This document shows, piece after piece, positions 8,223 to 18,022 of a DNA stretch of 64,000 nt. The stretch's first letter is position 1, and every line of letters starts with the position of its first letter. Where the stretch lies: assembly GCA_004321885.1 (NCBI GenBank), contig SCQK01000007.1:128001-192000 (forward strand). The letters are read 5' to 3'. Below the pieces are notes generated by a model. It was not told the DNA's origin and ran no database searches. It worked only from the letters and a program-made list of their open reading frames with translations. Position numbers and translations under genes: made by a program. Origin of the DNA: Patescibacteria group bacterium. GTDB lineage: Bacteria; Patescibacteriota; Patescibacteriia; Magasanikbacterales; GWA2-37-8.

Positions 8223-8606
8223 CTTCCTGAACGCGTCGGCGGCTTTATGCATGCCCTTGGCCGTGGCTTCCACTGCTTTGTCCACCGCTTCTTTGGCCGC
8301 GTGGTCAAAATTTTTGGCCCCCTGATGCGCCCAGTGCCGGGCCTTATTTTTGACAAAATTCTTCACATACCCGGCCGCGCCGTGGCCGGCCATGGAAAGC
8401 AGGCCGGAAATCTGCTCCACCTTGCGGCGGATATACGTGACCGTGTCGGTGAGCCCCTGCAAGCGGGTGCGGAACTCTTCCACGATTTGGCTGGTATTGC
8501 GCAACAAACGCGCCAGATAATAAAACATCCAGCACATAAAGCCAGTTACCCACAGCACGCAAAATGCCAGCACCAGATACAAAATATCTTTGGAGTTTTC
8601 AAACAT
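8220..8606 (-). CDS. small membrane-anchored protein (YtxH/DUF948-like)
   Basis: An N-terminal TM (ILYLVLAFCVLWVTGFMCWMFYYL) followed by a helical Ala/Lys-rich tail. Confidence 0.55.
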   Translation of the reverse strand: MFENSKDILYLVLAFCVLWVTGFMCWMFYYLARLLRNTSQIVEEFRTRLQGLTDTVTYIRRKVEQISGLLSMAGHGAAGYVKNFVKNKARHWAHQGAKNFDHAAKEAVDKAVEATAKGMHKAADAFRK

Positions 8607-8656
8607 ACTATGTTAATGAAAAATAACGACGGATATAGTATACCACAATTTTCTCA

Positions 8657-11137
8657 CTAACGCATCTTGGCGCCAAACTTTTCTTCCAAAATTTTCCTCG
8701 CTTTCTCGCACGCCGCGTCCACCTCGGCCGAGGTCAGGGTTTTTTCCGCGTCCCCGTAGGTCAAGTGGTAGGCCATACTTTTGGAATCCGCGGCCAACTC
8801 ATTGCCCTCGTAAACATCAAACAACTCAACTTTTTTTAGCAAGACATCGGCGCCTTTGAGAGCGTCCAAAATTTCACCGTGAGCCGTTTCTTTCTTCACC
8901 GTGAAAGCAATATCACGCTCCGATTCCGGATAAACCGGCACCGGCGCGTAGGCGGATTTTGAACGAAAAATTTTTTCCGACAGTTTGGTCAAATTTATCC
9001 GCAAGACACCCACCCGTTTGTCCAAGCCGTAATTTGCCCCGACCGACGGATTTAATTCGCAAACAACTCCGACCATTGCGCCGCCATGGGAAAACAAAGA
9101 TAGCCGCGTCGGATGCTCCCAAGGCAAAACCTTATCTATTTTCGCCAGTTCAAATTGCCTGCCCAAAGACGCAAACACAACCTCCAGCGCGCGCCGCGCT
9201 TCCCAATAACCAGCATTGGTTTTTTTGTCAACGCAAACCGCGGTCAACCAAGTATCCTGATGCGGCAAGAGCTGACTGCTGTTTTTAGCCGCGCGCGGAC
9301 CGGATTCTTCGGACATAAACACCTGCCCGGTTTCAAAAATTTTCACCGAGGAATAACGCTCCAGATTGGCGGCCAGATTATCCAATAAATTCGGCAATAA
9401 ATTGCGGCGCAAATACGGTTTTTCTTTGGACAACGGATTATCCAGTTCAATATATTTGGCCATATCATCGCCCAAATTTTTTATCTGCGCTTCGCTGACA
9501 AATGAATAATTGTAGACCTCGCTGTAGCCCAACTCTCTCACGAGTGTTTCGCCGGCTTTCCTTTCCAAAACACGCAAACGATTGGCTTCAGACGGCGCCA
9601 CTGAAAAAGCAGGCAGAGACGGCGGAATATTGTTGAAACCGTAAAAGCGCGCCACTTCTTCCACCAAATCCTCGGCCGAAGAGATGTCTTTGGTCGCGCG
9701 CCAGGTGGGCGCCAATACCGACAAAACATCTTTTTTCGTTTTAACCACAAAACCCAACCGTTCCAAAATTTTGATGGTTTCTTTTTTGTTCAATTCCACG
9801 CCCAGCCGCTTGGCCGCGAAGGCTAAAGGCAATTCAATAGGCCCGCGCTTGGATTTGAAGTCCGCCGCGTCAGCGATATTGCTCGCCACGCGGCTGGCCG
9901 GACACAATTCCAACGTCAGCTGAACCGCGCGGCGCAGAGCCAGTTCGGCTAGATTCGGGTCCAACGACTTTTCAAAACGCGCCGATGACTCGGTGCGCAG
10001 ACCCAATTTGCCGGCGGTTTTGCGAATCGAGCCGGCGTCAAAATTGGCTGATTCAAAAATAATGGTTGAGGTGCTGTCGGTAACGCCGCTGTTTAACCCG
10101 CCCATCACCCCGGCAATCGCCACCGGTTCTTTTTCGTCGGCGATCACAAGCATGCTTGAATACAATTTGTGTTCAGTGCCGTCAAGGGTCGTGAACTTTT
10201 CTCCTTCTTTGGCCGGCCGCACCACAATCTTTTTTTCCTTGAAACGCGCCGCGTCAAACGCGTGCATGGGCTGTCCCAAATCCAGCATCACGTAATTGGT
10301 AATATCAACGACGTTGTTTATGGGCCGCACGCCGGCCGCGAGCAATCGCTTTTTCAGCCAGCCCGGCGATGATTTGATGTCCACTCCTTCTATGGCCGCG
10401 GCCATGTAGCGCGGACACAGCTTTTTGCCTGTCCTCACACCAAAATCTTTGGTGTGGGGGTCTTTCACTTCCACGCGCAAACTGATTTTTTTGCCTCCGC
10501 CTCGGGCGGATATTTTGGGCGGGGTATAACCACCAAATTCTTTACGATAAAGCGCCGCTACTTCGCGGGCGATGCCGTAGTGGCCCCACAAGTCAGGCCG
10601 ATGCGACAAAGATTTGTTGTCCACTTCCAGCACCGCGTCGTCCAAACCCAAAGCGACGGAGAGCGGCCTGCCGACCTGCGCCTTGACGCCGGTCAAATCA
10701 ATTATTTCTTTTTCTTCGCGCAAGGGAAACATTTCTTCCAAACCGATTTCCGTGGCCGAACAAATCATGCCCTGCGAATCCACGCCGCGAATGGCGGCCG
10801 GTTGTAATTCCACCGGCTCCCCGGCTCCGTGCCAGCGCACCCTGGCGCCCGCTTTGGCCAGGGCCACCAGCATTTTTTCGCGCACGTTACTACCGCCGCA
10901 AACGATTTTTAATTTCTTTTCGCCCACGTCAACCACGCAAACTTTTAATTTGTCAGCGTTGGGGTGTTTCTCCACTTTCAGCACTTTGCCCACCACAATA
11001 TTTTCCAAACTTTTTTCCTGCCGCTCCACTTTCTCCACTTCCACCACGCTCATTTTCAGTTTCTCAGCCACATCTTCTGGCGTCACCGAATCGGGCAAAC
11101 GCACGTAATCTTTTAACCACTTATATGAAATCAACAT
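8657..11137 (-). CDS. pheT: phenylalanine--tRNA ligase beta subunit
   Basis: MLISYKWLKDY start; B3/4 and B5 region motifs; 826 aa. Confidence 0.92.
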   Translation of the reverse strand: MLISYKWLKDYVRLPDSVTPEDVAEKLKMSVVEVEKVERQEKSLENIVVGKVLKVEKHPNADKLKVCVVDVGEKKLKIVCGGSNVREKMLVALAKAGARVRWHGAGEPVELQPAAIRGVDSQGMICSATEIGLEEMFPLREEKEIIDLTGVKAQVGRPLSVALGLDDAVLEVDNKSLSHRPDLWGHYGIAREVAALYRKEFGGYTPPKISARGGGKKISLRVEVKDPHTKDFGVRTGKKLCPRYMAAAIEGVDIKSSPGWLKKRLLAAGVRPINNVVDITNYVMLDLGQPMHAFDAARFKEKKIVVRPAKEGEKFTTLDGTEHKLYSSMLVIADEKEPVAIAGVMGGLNSGVTDSTSTIIFESANFDAGSIRKTAGKLGLRTESSARFEKSLDPNLAELALRRAVQLTLELCPASRVASNIADAADFKSKRGPIELPLAFAAKRLGVELNKKETIKILERLGFVVKTKKDVLSVLAPTWRATKDISSAEDLVEEVARFYGFNNIPPSLPAFSVAPSEANRLRVLERKAGETLVRELGYSEVYNYSFVSEAQIKNLGDDMAKYIELDNPLSKEKPYLRRNLLPNLLDNLAANLERYSSVKIFETGQVFMSEESGPRAAKNSSQLLPHQDTWLTAVCVDKKTNAGYWEARRALEVVFASLGRQFELAKIDKVLPWEHPTRLSLFSHGGAMVGVVCELNPSVGANYGLDKRVGVLRINLTKLSEKIFRSKSAYAPVPVYPESERDIAFTVKKETAHGEILDALKGADVLLKKVELFDVYEGNELAADSKSMAYHLTYGDAEKTLTSAEVDAACEKARKILEEKFGAKMR

Positions 11138-11143
11138 AAACGG

Positions 11144-11170
11144 GGATCCTGAAACAAGTTCAGGATGACA
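11144..11170. repeat. family D hairpin GGATCCTGAAACAAGTTCAGGATGACA between pheT and pheS
   Basis: Reverse-orientation copy of the TCATCCTGAACTTGTTTCAGGATC unit found at 51263, 59817 and 29553. Confidence 0.8.
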
Positions 11171-11172
11171 AT

Positions 11173-12204
11173 TTAAAACTGTTTTATGAATCGCAAATCT
11201 CCGCTCTCCAAATGGCGAACGTCTTCAATGCCGTATTTAAGCATGACCAAACGGGTAAGGCCGAAACCAAACGCGAACCCGGAATAAATTTTTGGGTCAA
11301 CACCGCCTTCTCTGAGCACATTAGGGTGAATCATTCCTCCAGGCATCACTTCAAGCCATCCGGTATTTTTGCACACTCGACATCCTTTTCCGTGACACAA
11401 AAAACAAGTCAATTCTCCGCGCACGCCCGGTTCTACGAATGGATAAAATTTCGGCATTAAGCGCAGCTCGGTACCGACGCCAAATAAATGATCCGCGACT
11501 GCCTGCATCACGCCTTTCATGTGAGCAAAGCTGATATTTTTATCTATTACTATTCCTTCAAGTTGATAAAATGTATGCTCATGCCTTGGGTCAGTAGCTT
11601 CATTCCGATAACATTTGCCCGGAACAATCGCCCGCAGGGGCACCCCGTATTTTTGCATGGCCCGCACCTGCACCGAAGAAGTATGCGTGCGCAAAACCCA
11701 ATCCGAATGCCCTTTGATGTAAAAAGTGTCCTGCATGTCGCGCGCCGGATGCTCGGGTGGAATATTAACGGCCGTAAAATTGTAATAATCGCTTTCAAGT
11801 TCCGGCCCGTCCAAAACCATAAAACCCATGGAGGTAAACAAATCTTCCAAGTCCTTTTGCACCAAAGTATTGGGATGAAAATGCCCGCGTTCCTCCACAG
11901 GCAAAGCCGGCTGGGTGACATCCACCCGCTCTTTTTCCAAACTGTTCTTCCACTCCCCTGTCATCAGTTCGGATTTTTTCGCCGCCAGCGCCTTTTCTAT
12001 CGCCCCCTTCACCTCGTTCGCCAATTGTCCGGCGCTTTTTTTCTCTTCATCGCTCAAATTTTTCAACCCCTTCAAAAGCAAAGTCAGCTCGCCGCTCTTG
12101 CGGCCCAGCAATTTTATTTCTAACTGTTCCAATTCGCCCGCGCTTTTGGTCGCCCCGATCTCGCGCAAGGCCGATTCCTTTAATTGAACAAGTTTGTCTA
12201 TCAT
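11173..12204 (-). CDS. pheS: phenylalanine--tRNA ligase alpha subunit
   Basis: Class II aaRS motifs with a ...GGMIHPNVL...RLVMLKYGIEDVR...FIKQF C-terminus. The start is at MIDKLVQLK (12204) rather than the track's 12261. Confidence 0.9.
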   Translation of the reverse strand: MIDKLVQLKESALREIGATKSAGELEQLEIKLLGRKSGELTLLLKGLKNLSDEEKKSAGQLANEVKGAIEKALAAKKSELMTGEWKNSLEKERVDVTQPALPVEERGHFHPNTLVQKDLEDLFTSMGFMVLDGPELESDYYNFTAVNIPPEHPARDMQDTFYIKGHSDWVLRTHTSSVQVRAMQKYGVPLRAIVPGKCYRNEATDPRHEHTFYQLEGIVIDKNISFAHMKGVMQAVADHLFGVGTELRLMPKFYPFVEPGVRGELTCFLCHGKGCRVCKNTGWLEVMPGGMIHPNVLREGGVDPKIYSGFAFGFGLTRLVMLKYGIEDVRHLESGDLRFIKQF

Positions 12205-12227
12205 ACTGAAATAAAAAAATTTATAAT

Positions 12228-12752
12228 TTATTTCCACCACCGCGGCAAATGTTCCGAACATGCCTTAAAAAGCTCTTCTGATACAAGGTTGCGGTGATTA
12301 CGCATAATAAATGGCAAATTTCTGACATGCGCGCCCGGATAAATGCCAACTATCTTGGCGTCTTTATCGGCGATCGTGATGACGGATTTTTTCATGTCCG
12401 CTCCAGCGTCGCGAAGACCATAATCAAATTCTTCTGTTACTATATTATATGCCGAAATCCAGCCACCGAGACAATCAATAAATTTACCGCCTAAGCCGCA
12501 ACCGTCTTCAATGCACATTGGTAAATCGTTTATCACATACACATAAAAATACGATGGGGTCACGATATCAAAAGGCGGGTGCCGGACAGTATGAGTCCCG
12601 GCTCCTTCCGCCGCCTTCATGCCAAGAGCTATGGTCTCGTACTGTTTGACACCAAAAGGATACTTTTGCCAGACAAAAATGCCGACACCGACAAAAATAG
12701 TCGCGAGAAGCGCCAAAATTATTTTTTTTCTATGGCGCAATACAAAACTCAT
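12228..12752 (-). CDS. hypothetical membrane-anchored/secreted protein
   Basis: N-terminal TM KIILALLATIFVGVGIFVW; no family recognised. Confidence 0.5.
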   Translation of the reverse strand: MSFVLRHRKKIILALLATIFVGVGIFVWQKYPFGVKQYETIALGMKAAEGAGTHTVRHPPFDIVTPSYFYVYVINDLPMCIEDGCGLGGKFIDCLGGWISAYNIVTEEFDYGLRDAGADMKKSVITIADKDAKIVGIYPGAHVRNLPFIMRNHRNLVSEELFKACSEHLPRWWK

Positions 12753-12754
12753 AC

Positions 12755-13732
12755 TTAATCCACTATTTCCAGCACGCCGACGCTCATAAAATCGCCCTTG
12801 CGCGCTTTGATTAATGAATCATAAATTTCCATCCAGCGTTTAACTTCAATAATAGTCATGCAGCCGCGCGAATGCCCACCTGCGTGGAGATATCTTTCGC
12901 CGCTATGACCAATCTTAAACCAAGTCATGGCCCGTTTTGATTCATCCATATAACTCTCACCGCCCTTATGTGCGTAATCCGGAATTTCAATATCATATAA
13001 CCCTTTTTCCCAAGGCATATCCGGATAATCAGTTGCTTGATATTTTTTATCTTTCAAGAAGAAAACTTTTTGGGAGATGGAATACTTGGCGCGAATCATC
13101 GGCTTGTGATTAACGCCGGAAATAAACCAGGAGGAACCGTTGTCGCGCAATTTGATGGATGCCATTTTACCGCGATACGGACCTTCTAAGATAATAAAAT
13201 ACTCTCTTTCGTTAGATACTCGTTCCGGTTTTAGTTTTAAAAAAGCGGGCACTGGTCTTACTAACTTACTATCTTCAATCCTCACAATTAAAAACCCTTG
13301 CGAACCGTCTATATCAGGCACATAACGCACCGCATCAGAGACAACTGCTTCCAAGATTATTTCAAAAAGCGCGGTTTTTGAACCCCATGATTTGCCCCAA
13401 ATTGAACGGGTTTCTTTTATTTGAACCTCAAAAGGAAACTTTTGGGGTTTATTGTCGGAGGTATCAATTTTTATAGTGCTTTGCGCCCTGCCGACGTCGT
13501 TAAATAAAATATCTTTTTCAATAACGGTAACCGTAACCTCGGTTTTAAATTGCTGTTGATCGGTTTCAATTTTCCTCATTTCGCTGTCTATTTTCTCTGT
13601 CGTGCCGGCTTTAATTCTTTTATCCACGCGCAAAAACTTTCCCAGTATTTCAATTTCTATACGGATATCGTCGCCGATAGAATCGCCGCTGTATTTTATT
13701 TTTGTCAGTTTTAGCTGAACGGATTTAAGCAT
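12755..13732 (-). CDS. protein with a C-terminal L,D-transpeptidase (YkuD)-like catalytic domain
   Basis: FKIGHSGERYLHAGGHSRGCMTI matches the His...Ser-x-Gly-Cys spacing of YkuD catalytic sites. There is no signal peptide, and it forms an operon with 12228-12752. Confidence 0.45.
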   Translation of the reverse strand: MLKSVQLKLTKIKYSGDSIGDDIRIEIEILGKFLRVDKRIKAGTTEKIDSEMRKIETDQQQFKTEVTVTVIEKDILFNDVGRAQSTIKIDTSDNKPQKFPFEVQIKETRSIWGKSWGSKTALFEIILEAVVSDAVRYVPDIDGSQGFLIVRIEDSKLVRPVPAFLKLKPERVSNEREYFIILEGPYRGKMASIKLRDNGSSWFISGVNHKPMIRAKYSISQKVFFLKDKKYQATDYPDMPWEKGLYDIEIPDYAHKGGESYMDESKRAMTWFKIGHSGERYLHAGGHSRGCMTIIEVKRWMEIYDSLIKARKGDFMSVGVLEIVD

Positions 13733-13747
13733 AAATTTTTTGGCCTT

Positions 13748-14851
13748 TTAAAAAATCTTTTGGAAAAACGCGCCGATGGCGCCGCTAAAACGGCCGATAT
13801 CTTTTACGGTCACCAGCACCACCAGCAACATCAGCAAAACAAATCCAACTGTATGCGCGACTTGCTCGTAGCGCGGCGTAATCGGCCGCCGCAAAATTTT
13901 GCTGAGCCCCAAAAACAGCAAACGCCCGCCATCCAAAGCCGGAATCGGCAAGATGTTGATAATCGCGAGATTCAAAGAAAGCAAAGCGACGAAGTTTATC
14001 ATATAGGCCCAACCCATACGCGCCACCTGCCCGGTCATCACCGCGATACCCACCGGGCCGGATACTGCTTCACCAACAGGCTCGCCCGCGAACAGACCGC
14101 GAATTAACAAATAAAACGCGAGCACAATTTCTTTTAAATAATATCCGGTGGCCAGTATGCCTTCCGAAATGGCCTTATACCACGGATATTTAACAGTGCC
14201 GATTTCGGCCAACCCCACGCCAATGCCGGCGCGGCCCGATTCATAAACAAACGGCTTGATTTTTTTGGTGATTGTTTCCGTGCCGCGCTTCACCGTGACC
14301 GAGATTTCTTTATCCTTGTTGGCGGCCACGTATTCCTGCATCTGTTTTAACCGCGGCTGTTCTATGGCGTCAAGACGCGTGATGGAATCACCGGGTTTGA
14401 GTCCGGCGGCCTCGGCCGGTTTGCCCGAAATTACCTGGGCTATCTGCAACTGTCTGTCTTTTACACCTTCCACGGACGCGAACGAATCCACGGCCTGCGG
14501 CATGCCGACAGCGAAACCGATGGAAAGCAGGACCGCGGCCAAAACCACATTCATTCCAACTCCGGCAAACAAGGTAATCGCGCGCTTCCACATTTTTTGC
14601 GCGCCAAAACTATCCGGACCGGTTTCATCCGCGTCTTCACCTTTAATCTTCACAAACCCGCCGAGTGGAATCAAATTAAAGGAATACATTACGCCGGATT
14701 TTTTGCTTGTATATTTGAAAAGCCGCGGCGGAAAACCGAAACCGAATTCATACACCTTCATGCCGCTTTTGCGCGCAACAATAAAATGCCCGAATTCGTG
14801 GGAGAGGACCAAAATTGCCAAAACAGCGAGGAAGATTAACAAAGTTAACAT
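13748..14851 (-). CDS. rseP: RIP metalloprotease RseP (site-2 protease)
   Basis: HEFGHFIVAR zinc motif, a PDZ region and an LDGG motif. Confidence 0.9.
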   Translation of the reverse strand: MLTLLIFLAVLAILVLSHEFGHFIVARKSGMKVYEFGFGFPPRLFKYTSKKSGVMYSFNLIPLGGFVKIKGEDADETGPDSFGAQKMWKRAITLFAGVGMNVVLAAVLLSIGFAVGMPQAVDSFASVEGVKDRQLQIAQVISGKPAEAAGLKPGDSITRLDAIEQPRLKQMQEYVAANKDKEISVTVKRGTETITKKIKPFVYESGRAGIGVGLAEIGTVKYPWYKAISEGILATGYYLKEIVLAFYLLIRGLFAGEPVGEAVSGPVGIAVMTGQVARMGWAYMINFVALLSLNLAIINILPIPALDGGRLLFLGLSKILRRPITPRYEQVAHTVGFVLLMLLVVLVTVKDIGRFSGAIGAFFQKIF

Positions 14852-14929
14852 ACCTTTATTAGCTATTGCTCAAATTCCGCTTATTATATACAATATATAA
14901 TGTAATTTATTCTTAAACCAACGCGAAGT

Positions 14930-15496
14930 ATGATGATACTTTACATCATTTTGCCGGTAGTGGCAATAGTGGCGGTGTGGCTGATTGCCACGTATAACGG
15001 GCTTATCCGCTCCAAAAACCGCGTGGATGAGGCATTCTCTGACATAGACGTGCAACTTAAACGCCGCTATGATTTGATTCCGAATCTGGTGGAAACCGTG
15101 AAGGGCTACATGACGCACGAGCAGAATACGCTGGTGAAATTGACCGAAGCGCGCGCCGCGGCCATGTCCGCGCATGATAATAAAAACGCTTCGCTGGCCG
15201 ACAAGGAAAAAGCCGAGAACATGTTAAGCGAAACATTAAAAAGTTTGTTCGCGGTGACGGAAAATTATCCGGACCTCAAGGCCAGCCAGAACTTCTTGCA
15301 GTTGCAGGATGAATTGAGCGATACGGAAAACAAAATTCAGGCCTCACGCCGCTTTTACAACGGCAACGTGCGCGACTTCAACACCAAGATTCAGGTGTTC
15401 CCCACCAATATGGTGGCCGGTTGGTTGAAATTCGTGAAATACGAATTTTTCCAAGCCGCCGAGGGTGAAAGACAAAACGTACAGGTGAAATTTTAA
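14930..15496 (+). CDS. lemA: LemA family protein
   Basis: N-terminal TM then GLIRSKNRVDEAFSDIDVQLKRRYDLIPNLV, the LemA signature. Confidence 0.85.
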   Translation: MMILYIILPVVAIVAVWLIATYNGLIRSKNRVDEAFSDIDVQLKRRYDLIPNLVETVKGYMTHEQNTLVKLTEARAAAMSAHDNKNASLADKEKAENMLSETLKSLFAVTENYPDLKASQNFLQLQDELSDTENKIQASRRFYNGNVRDFNTKIQVFPTNMVAGWLKFVKYEFFQAAEGERQNVQVKF

Positions 15497-15502
15497 TGGC
15501 GT

Positions 15503-16393
15503 ATGTACTCCCAAATAGATTCCAACAAGCGCAAAAGCGTCTTCTTGATGATGATATTTATCGCCTTCATCATTGTTTTGGGTTATGTCTTTGATAAGGT
15601 ATGGGGCGCGCCGGGCGCGTATAGCGGTGTGTTTTTCGCTATCTTTATTTCGCTCCTCATGACCATGATTTCATATTTTAGCGGCGACAAAATCGCGCTC
15701 CTCACCACCGGCGCCAAACCGATAATAAAAGAAGAAAACCGCTACCTGTACAACATGGTGGAAAATCTCTGCATCACATCGGGTATGCCCGTGCCGAAAA
15801 TATATATCATTGAAGACGAGGCAATAAACGCTTTCGCCACCGGGCGCAAACCGGAGTTGTCTTCCATCGCTGTAACTACCGGGGCAATAAAAAAATTGGC
15901 CAACGAGGAGCTGGAAGGGGTGCTGGCGCACGAATTGTCGCATATAAAAAATTACGACATCCGCTTCATGATGCTGGTGGCGGTGATGGTGGGCTCCATA
16001 GCTATTCTCTCGGATATTTTTATGCGCGCGCGCTGGTTTGGCGGCGGACGGCGTTCTGATTCAGACCGCGGAGGACAAGCCGGCTCTATTTTGCTTATTG
16101 CCGGCGTGATTCTGGCCATTCTCTCGCCCTTAATCGCCGAACTGATCAAGCTGTCTATTTCACGCAAACGCGAATATCTGGCCGACGCCTCGGGTTCTCT
16201 GCTCACCCGCTACCCCGAAGGTCTAGCGCGGGCTCTGGAAAAAATAGCGTCCGAAAACCGGCCCATGGCGCACGCCTCCAAGGCCACGGCTCACCTTTTT
16301 ATCGCCAATCCTTTCAGCGGCCGCAAAGTGGCCGCCTTGTTCTCCACCCATCCGCCGATTGAGGAAAGAATAAAAATCCTGCGGGGAATGTAA
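15503..16393 (+). CDS. M48 family zinc metalloprotease (HtpX-like)
   Basis: HELSHIKNYD HExxH motif, 4 TM segments and a C-terminal EERIKIL. Confidence 0.85.
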   Translation: MYSQIDSNKRKSVFLMMIFIAFIIVLGYVFDKVWGAPGAYSGVFFAIFISLLMTMISYFSGDKIALLTTGAKPIIKEENRYLYNMVENLCITSGMPVPKIYIIEDEAINAFATGRKPELSSIAVTTGAIKKLANEELEGVLAHELSHIKNYDIRFMMLVAVMVGSIAILSDIFMRARWFGGGRRSDSDRGGQAGSILLIAGVILAILSPLIAELIKLSISRKREYLADASGSLLTRYPEGLARALEKIASENRPMAHASKATAHLFIANPFSGRKVAALFSTHPPIEERIKILRGM

Positions 16394-16433
16394 TTTCCCT
16401 CCCCTTTATAAGGGGAGGGATAGGGAGGGGTAA
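16394..16433. repeat. family A hairpin repeat
   Basis: tttccctcccctttataaggggagggatagggaggggtaaa. Confidence 0.85.
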
Positions 16434-16436
16434 ATT

Positions 16437-16943
16437 ATGCTTTCCATCAAACTCCATCGCCAAAAACCCGGACTGTGCGGACCGGCTTGCCTGAAAATGG
16501 CGCTGGAATTTTTTTCGGCCAAAGGCCGACCCGCCTTTGGCGGGGGCAAAAGCGAAGCCGAATTGACGCGACTGGCCAAAGGCACAAAAAACAAAGGCAC
16601 AAACGCGGCTGATTTACTGGGCGTGGCGCGCTCACTCGGGTTTGATGGATTTATTAAGGACTCCGCGGAAATAAAAGACATAAAAAAATTTGTTGTAAAC
16701 AACAAAATCCCCGTTATAGTGGATTGGTTTTCTCGCGACGACGGCCATTACAGCGTGGTCGTTGACGTTGATAACAAAAATATTTTTCTGGCCGACCCGG
16801 AAACGGCGAAAATAAAAAAGATTGATTTAAAAACTTTCAAACGCGTCTGGTTTGATTTCCCGGGCGATTTTCTAAAAACCAAAAACGAAATTATTATCCG
16901 AAGGATGATTGTCATTTGGCCGACCAATTTCCTCTCCCCTTGA
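16437..16943 (+). CDS. stand-alone peptidase C39-like (papain-like cysteine peptidase) domain protein
   Basis: QKPGLCGPACLKMAL (catalytic Cys) and DGHYSVVVDVD (His). The C-terminal 10 residues are encoded by a family A repeat. Confidence 0.7.
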   Translation: MLSIKLHRQKPGLCGPACLKMALEFFSAKGRPAFGGGKSEAELTRLAKGTKNKGTNAADLLGVARSLGFDGFIKDSAEIKDIKKFVVNNKIPVIVDWFSRDDGHYSVVVDVDNKNIFLADPETAKIKKIDLKTFKRVWFDFPGDFLKTKNEIIIRRMIVIWPTNFLSP

Positions 16944-17070
16944 TAAGAGGAGAGCGAGAGAGGGGTATCGCGGTTTCCCCTCCCCTTTTTAAGGGGAGGG
17001 TGAGGGATGAGTAATCGTCAATTCCCCCGCCCCTTTATAAGGGGCGGGCGGGGGTGGGGTAAACAATCGC
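16931..17070. repeat. cluster of three family A hairpin repeats (16931-16966, 16973-17015, 17021-17070)
   Basis: cctctccccttgataagaggagag..., tttcccctcccctttttaaggggagggtgagggatgagtaatcg and attcccccgcccctttataaggggcgggcgggggtggggtaaacaatcgcc. Confidence 0.85.
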
Positions 17071-17074
17071 CAGT

Positions 17075-17509
17075 ATGCCAACAAAATTTTACAACAAACC
17101 GATTCTTAAAAAAATCAGGAGCAAACTTCGTAATGAGATGACAAGGGGAGAAAAAATTTTGTGGTCAAAATTGCGAAGAAAAAATTTAGAATTCAAATTC
17201 CGCAGACAATACGGAATAGGAAATTACGTTCTTGATTTTTACTGTGTAGAATTGAAACTGGCGATTGAAATTGACGGGCTTTCGCACCACAGCGAGAAAG
17301 CGTTTGAAGAGGATTGCAAACGACAAAAATATTTGGAATCGTTGGGAATAACTGTAATGAGATACAACAGCGAAGATGTTTTTAAAAAATTGGAGCAGGT
17401 GGCCGAGCAAATTTATCAGACGTGTCAGAACTTAAACGCGAAATTGCCTACCCCCACCTCGCCTCCCCCTTATAAAGGGGGAGAAAGTCGGCGATTTCTC
17501 TCCCCTTGA
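17075..17509 (+). CDS. DUF559-type endonuclease-domain protein (Vsr/restriction-endonuclease-like fold)
   Basis: GEKILWSKLRRKNLEFKFRRQYGIGNYVLDFYCVELKLAIEIDG is the hallmark of DUF559. The C-terminus reads through family A repeats. Confidence 0.7.
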   Translation: MPTKFYNKPILKKIRSKLRNEMTRGEKILWSKLRRKNLEFKFRRQYGIGNYVLDFYCVELKLAIEIDGLSHHSEKAFEEDCKRQKYLESLGITVMRYNSEDVFKKLEQVAEQIYQTCQNLNAKLPTPTSPPPYKGGESRRFLSP

Positions 17510-17540
17510 TAAGGGGAGAGCGAGAGAGGGGTAAACACTC
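17449..17540. repeat. two family A hairpin repeats (17449-17490, 17494-17540)
   Basis: tacccccacctcgcctcccccttataaagggggag... and tttctctccccttgataaggggagagcgagagaggggtaaac. Confidence 0.85.
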
Positions 17541-17554
17541 TTACTCACACTAAA

Positions 17555-17833
17555 TTATTTTTTCTTCCACGGGTCTTCTACATCCGATAAAGACGGAATT
17601 TTTTTATGTTTTTTAGCAATTGCAGCAGCTGCTCGCTTCAAATCTTCTGTAGCGTCAGGCATTTCGTTTACAGAAGGGACCTGGACCCTAAGAAGTTGAA
17701 TGTCTTTATATAACGTTCCGTCACTGGTTCTAACTGCGTAGTAAGTAAAAGCATTCGGATCTGGATATTTTTTTGGTTGTATAACCCTGACCTCTACGAT
17801 TGTCCCTAAACTTTGGCCGTTTACGACGATCAT
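17555..17833 (-). CDS. hypothetical small protein
   Basis: 92-aa ORF with no recognisable family. Confidence 0.4.
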   Translation of the reverse strand: MIVVNGQSLGTIVEVRVIQPKKYPDPNAFTYYAVRTSDGTLYKDIQLLRVQVPSVNEMPDATEDLKRAAAAIAKKHKKIPSLSDVEDPWKKK

Positions 17834-18022
17834 TTCTTTTCCGATCTCGGGAACATCTTTTACATAGATTGTCCCTTCTACGTATTCGCGCGGTGGTTGA
17901 TGTTCTGGTATATTAGTATTGAATTAATTTTATATAAAGTTGACCCTCATAACTAACCGCGTAGACTGATATTATACAGGCCTCATGTTTTACGGTCAAT
18001 TGGAGTTCTGCAAGACAATCTT

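Noticed and set aside
17939-17975. TTGACC ... TGATATTAT promoter-like element on the plus strand
   Set aside because: Transcription would be antisense to the phosphomannomutase gene with no downstream plus-strand gene for 1.6 kb. This is probably chance similarity in AT-rich spacer DNA.
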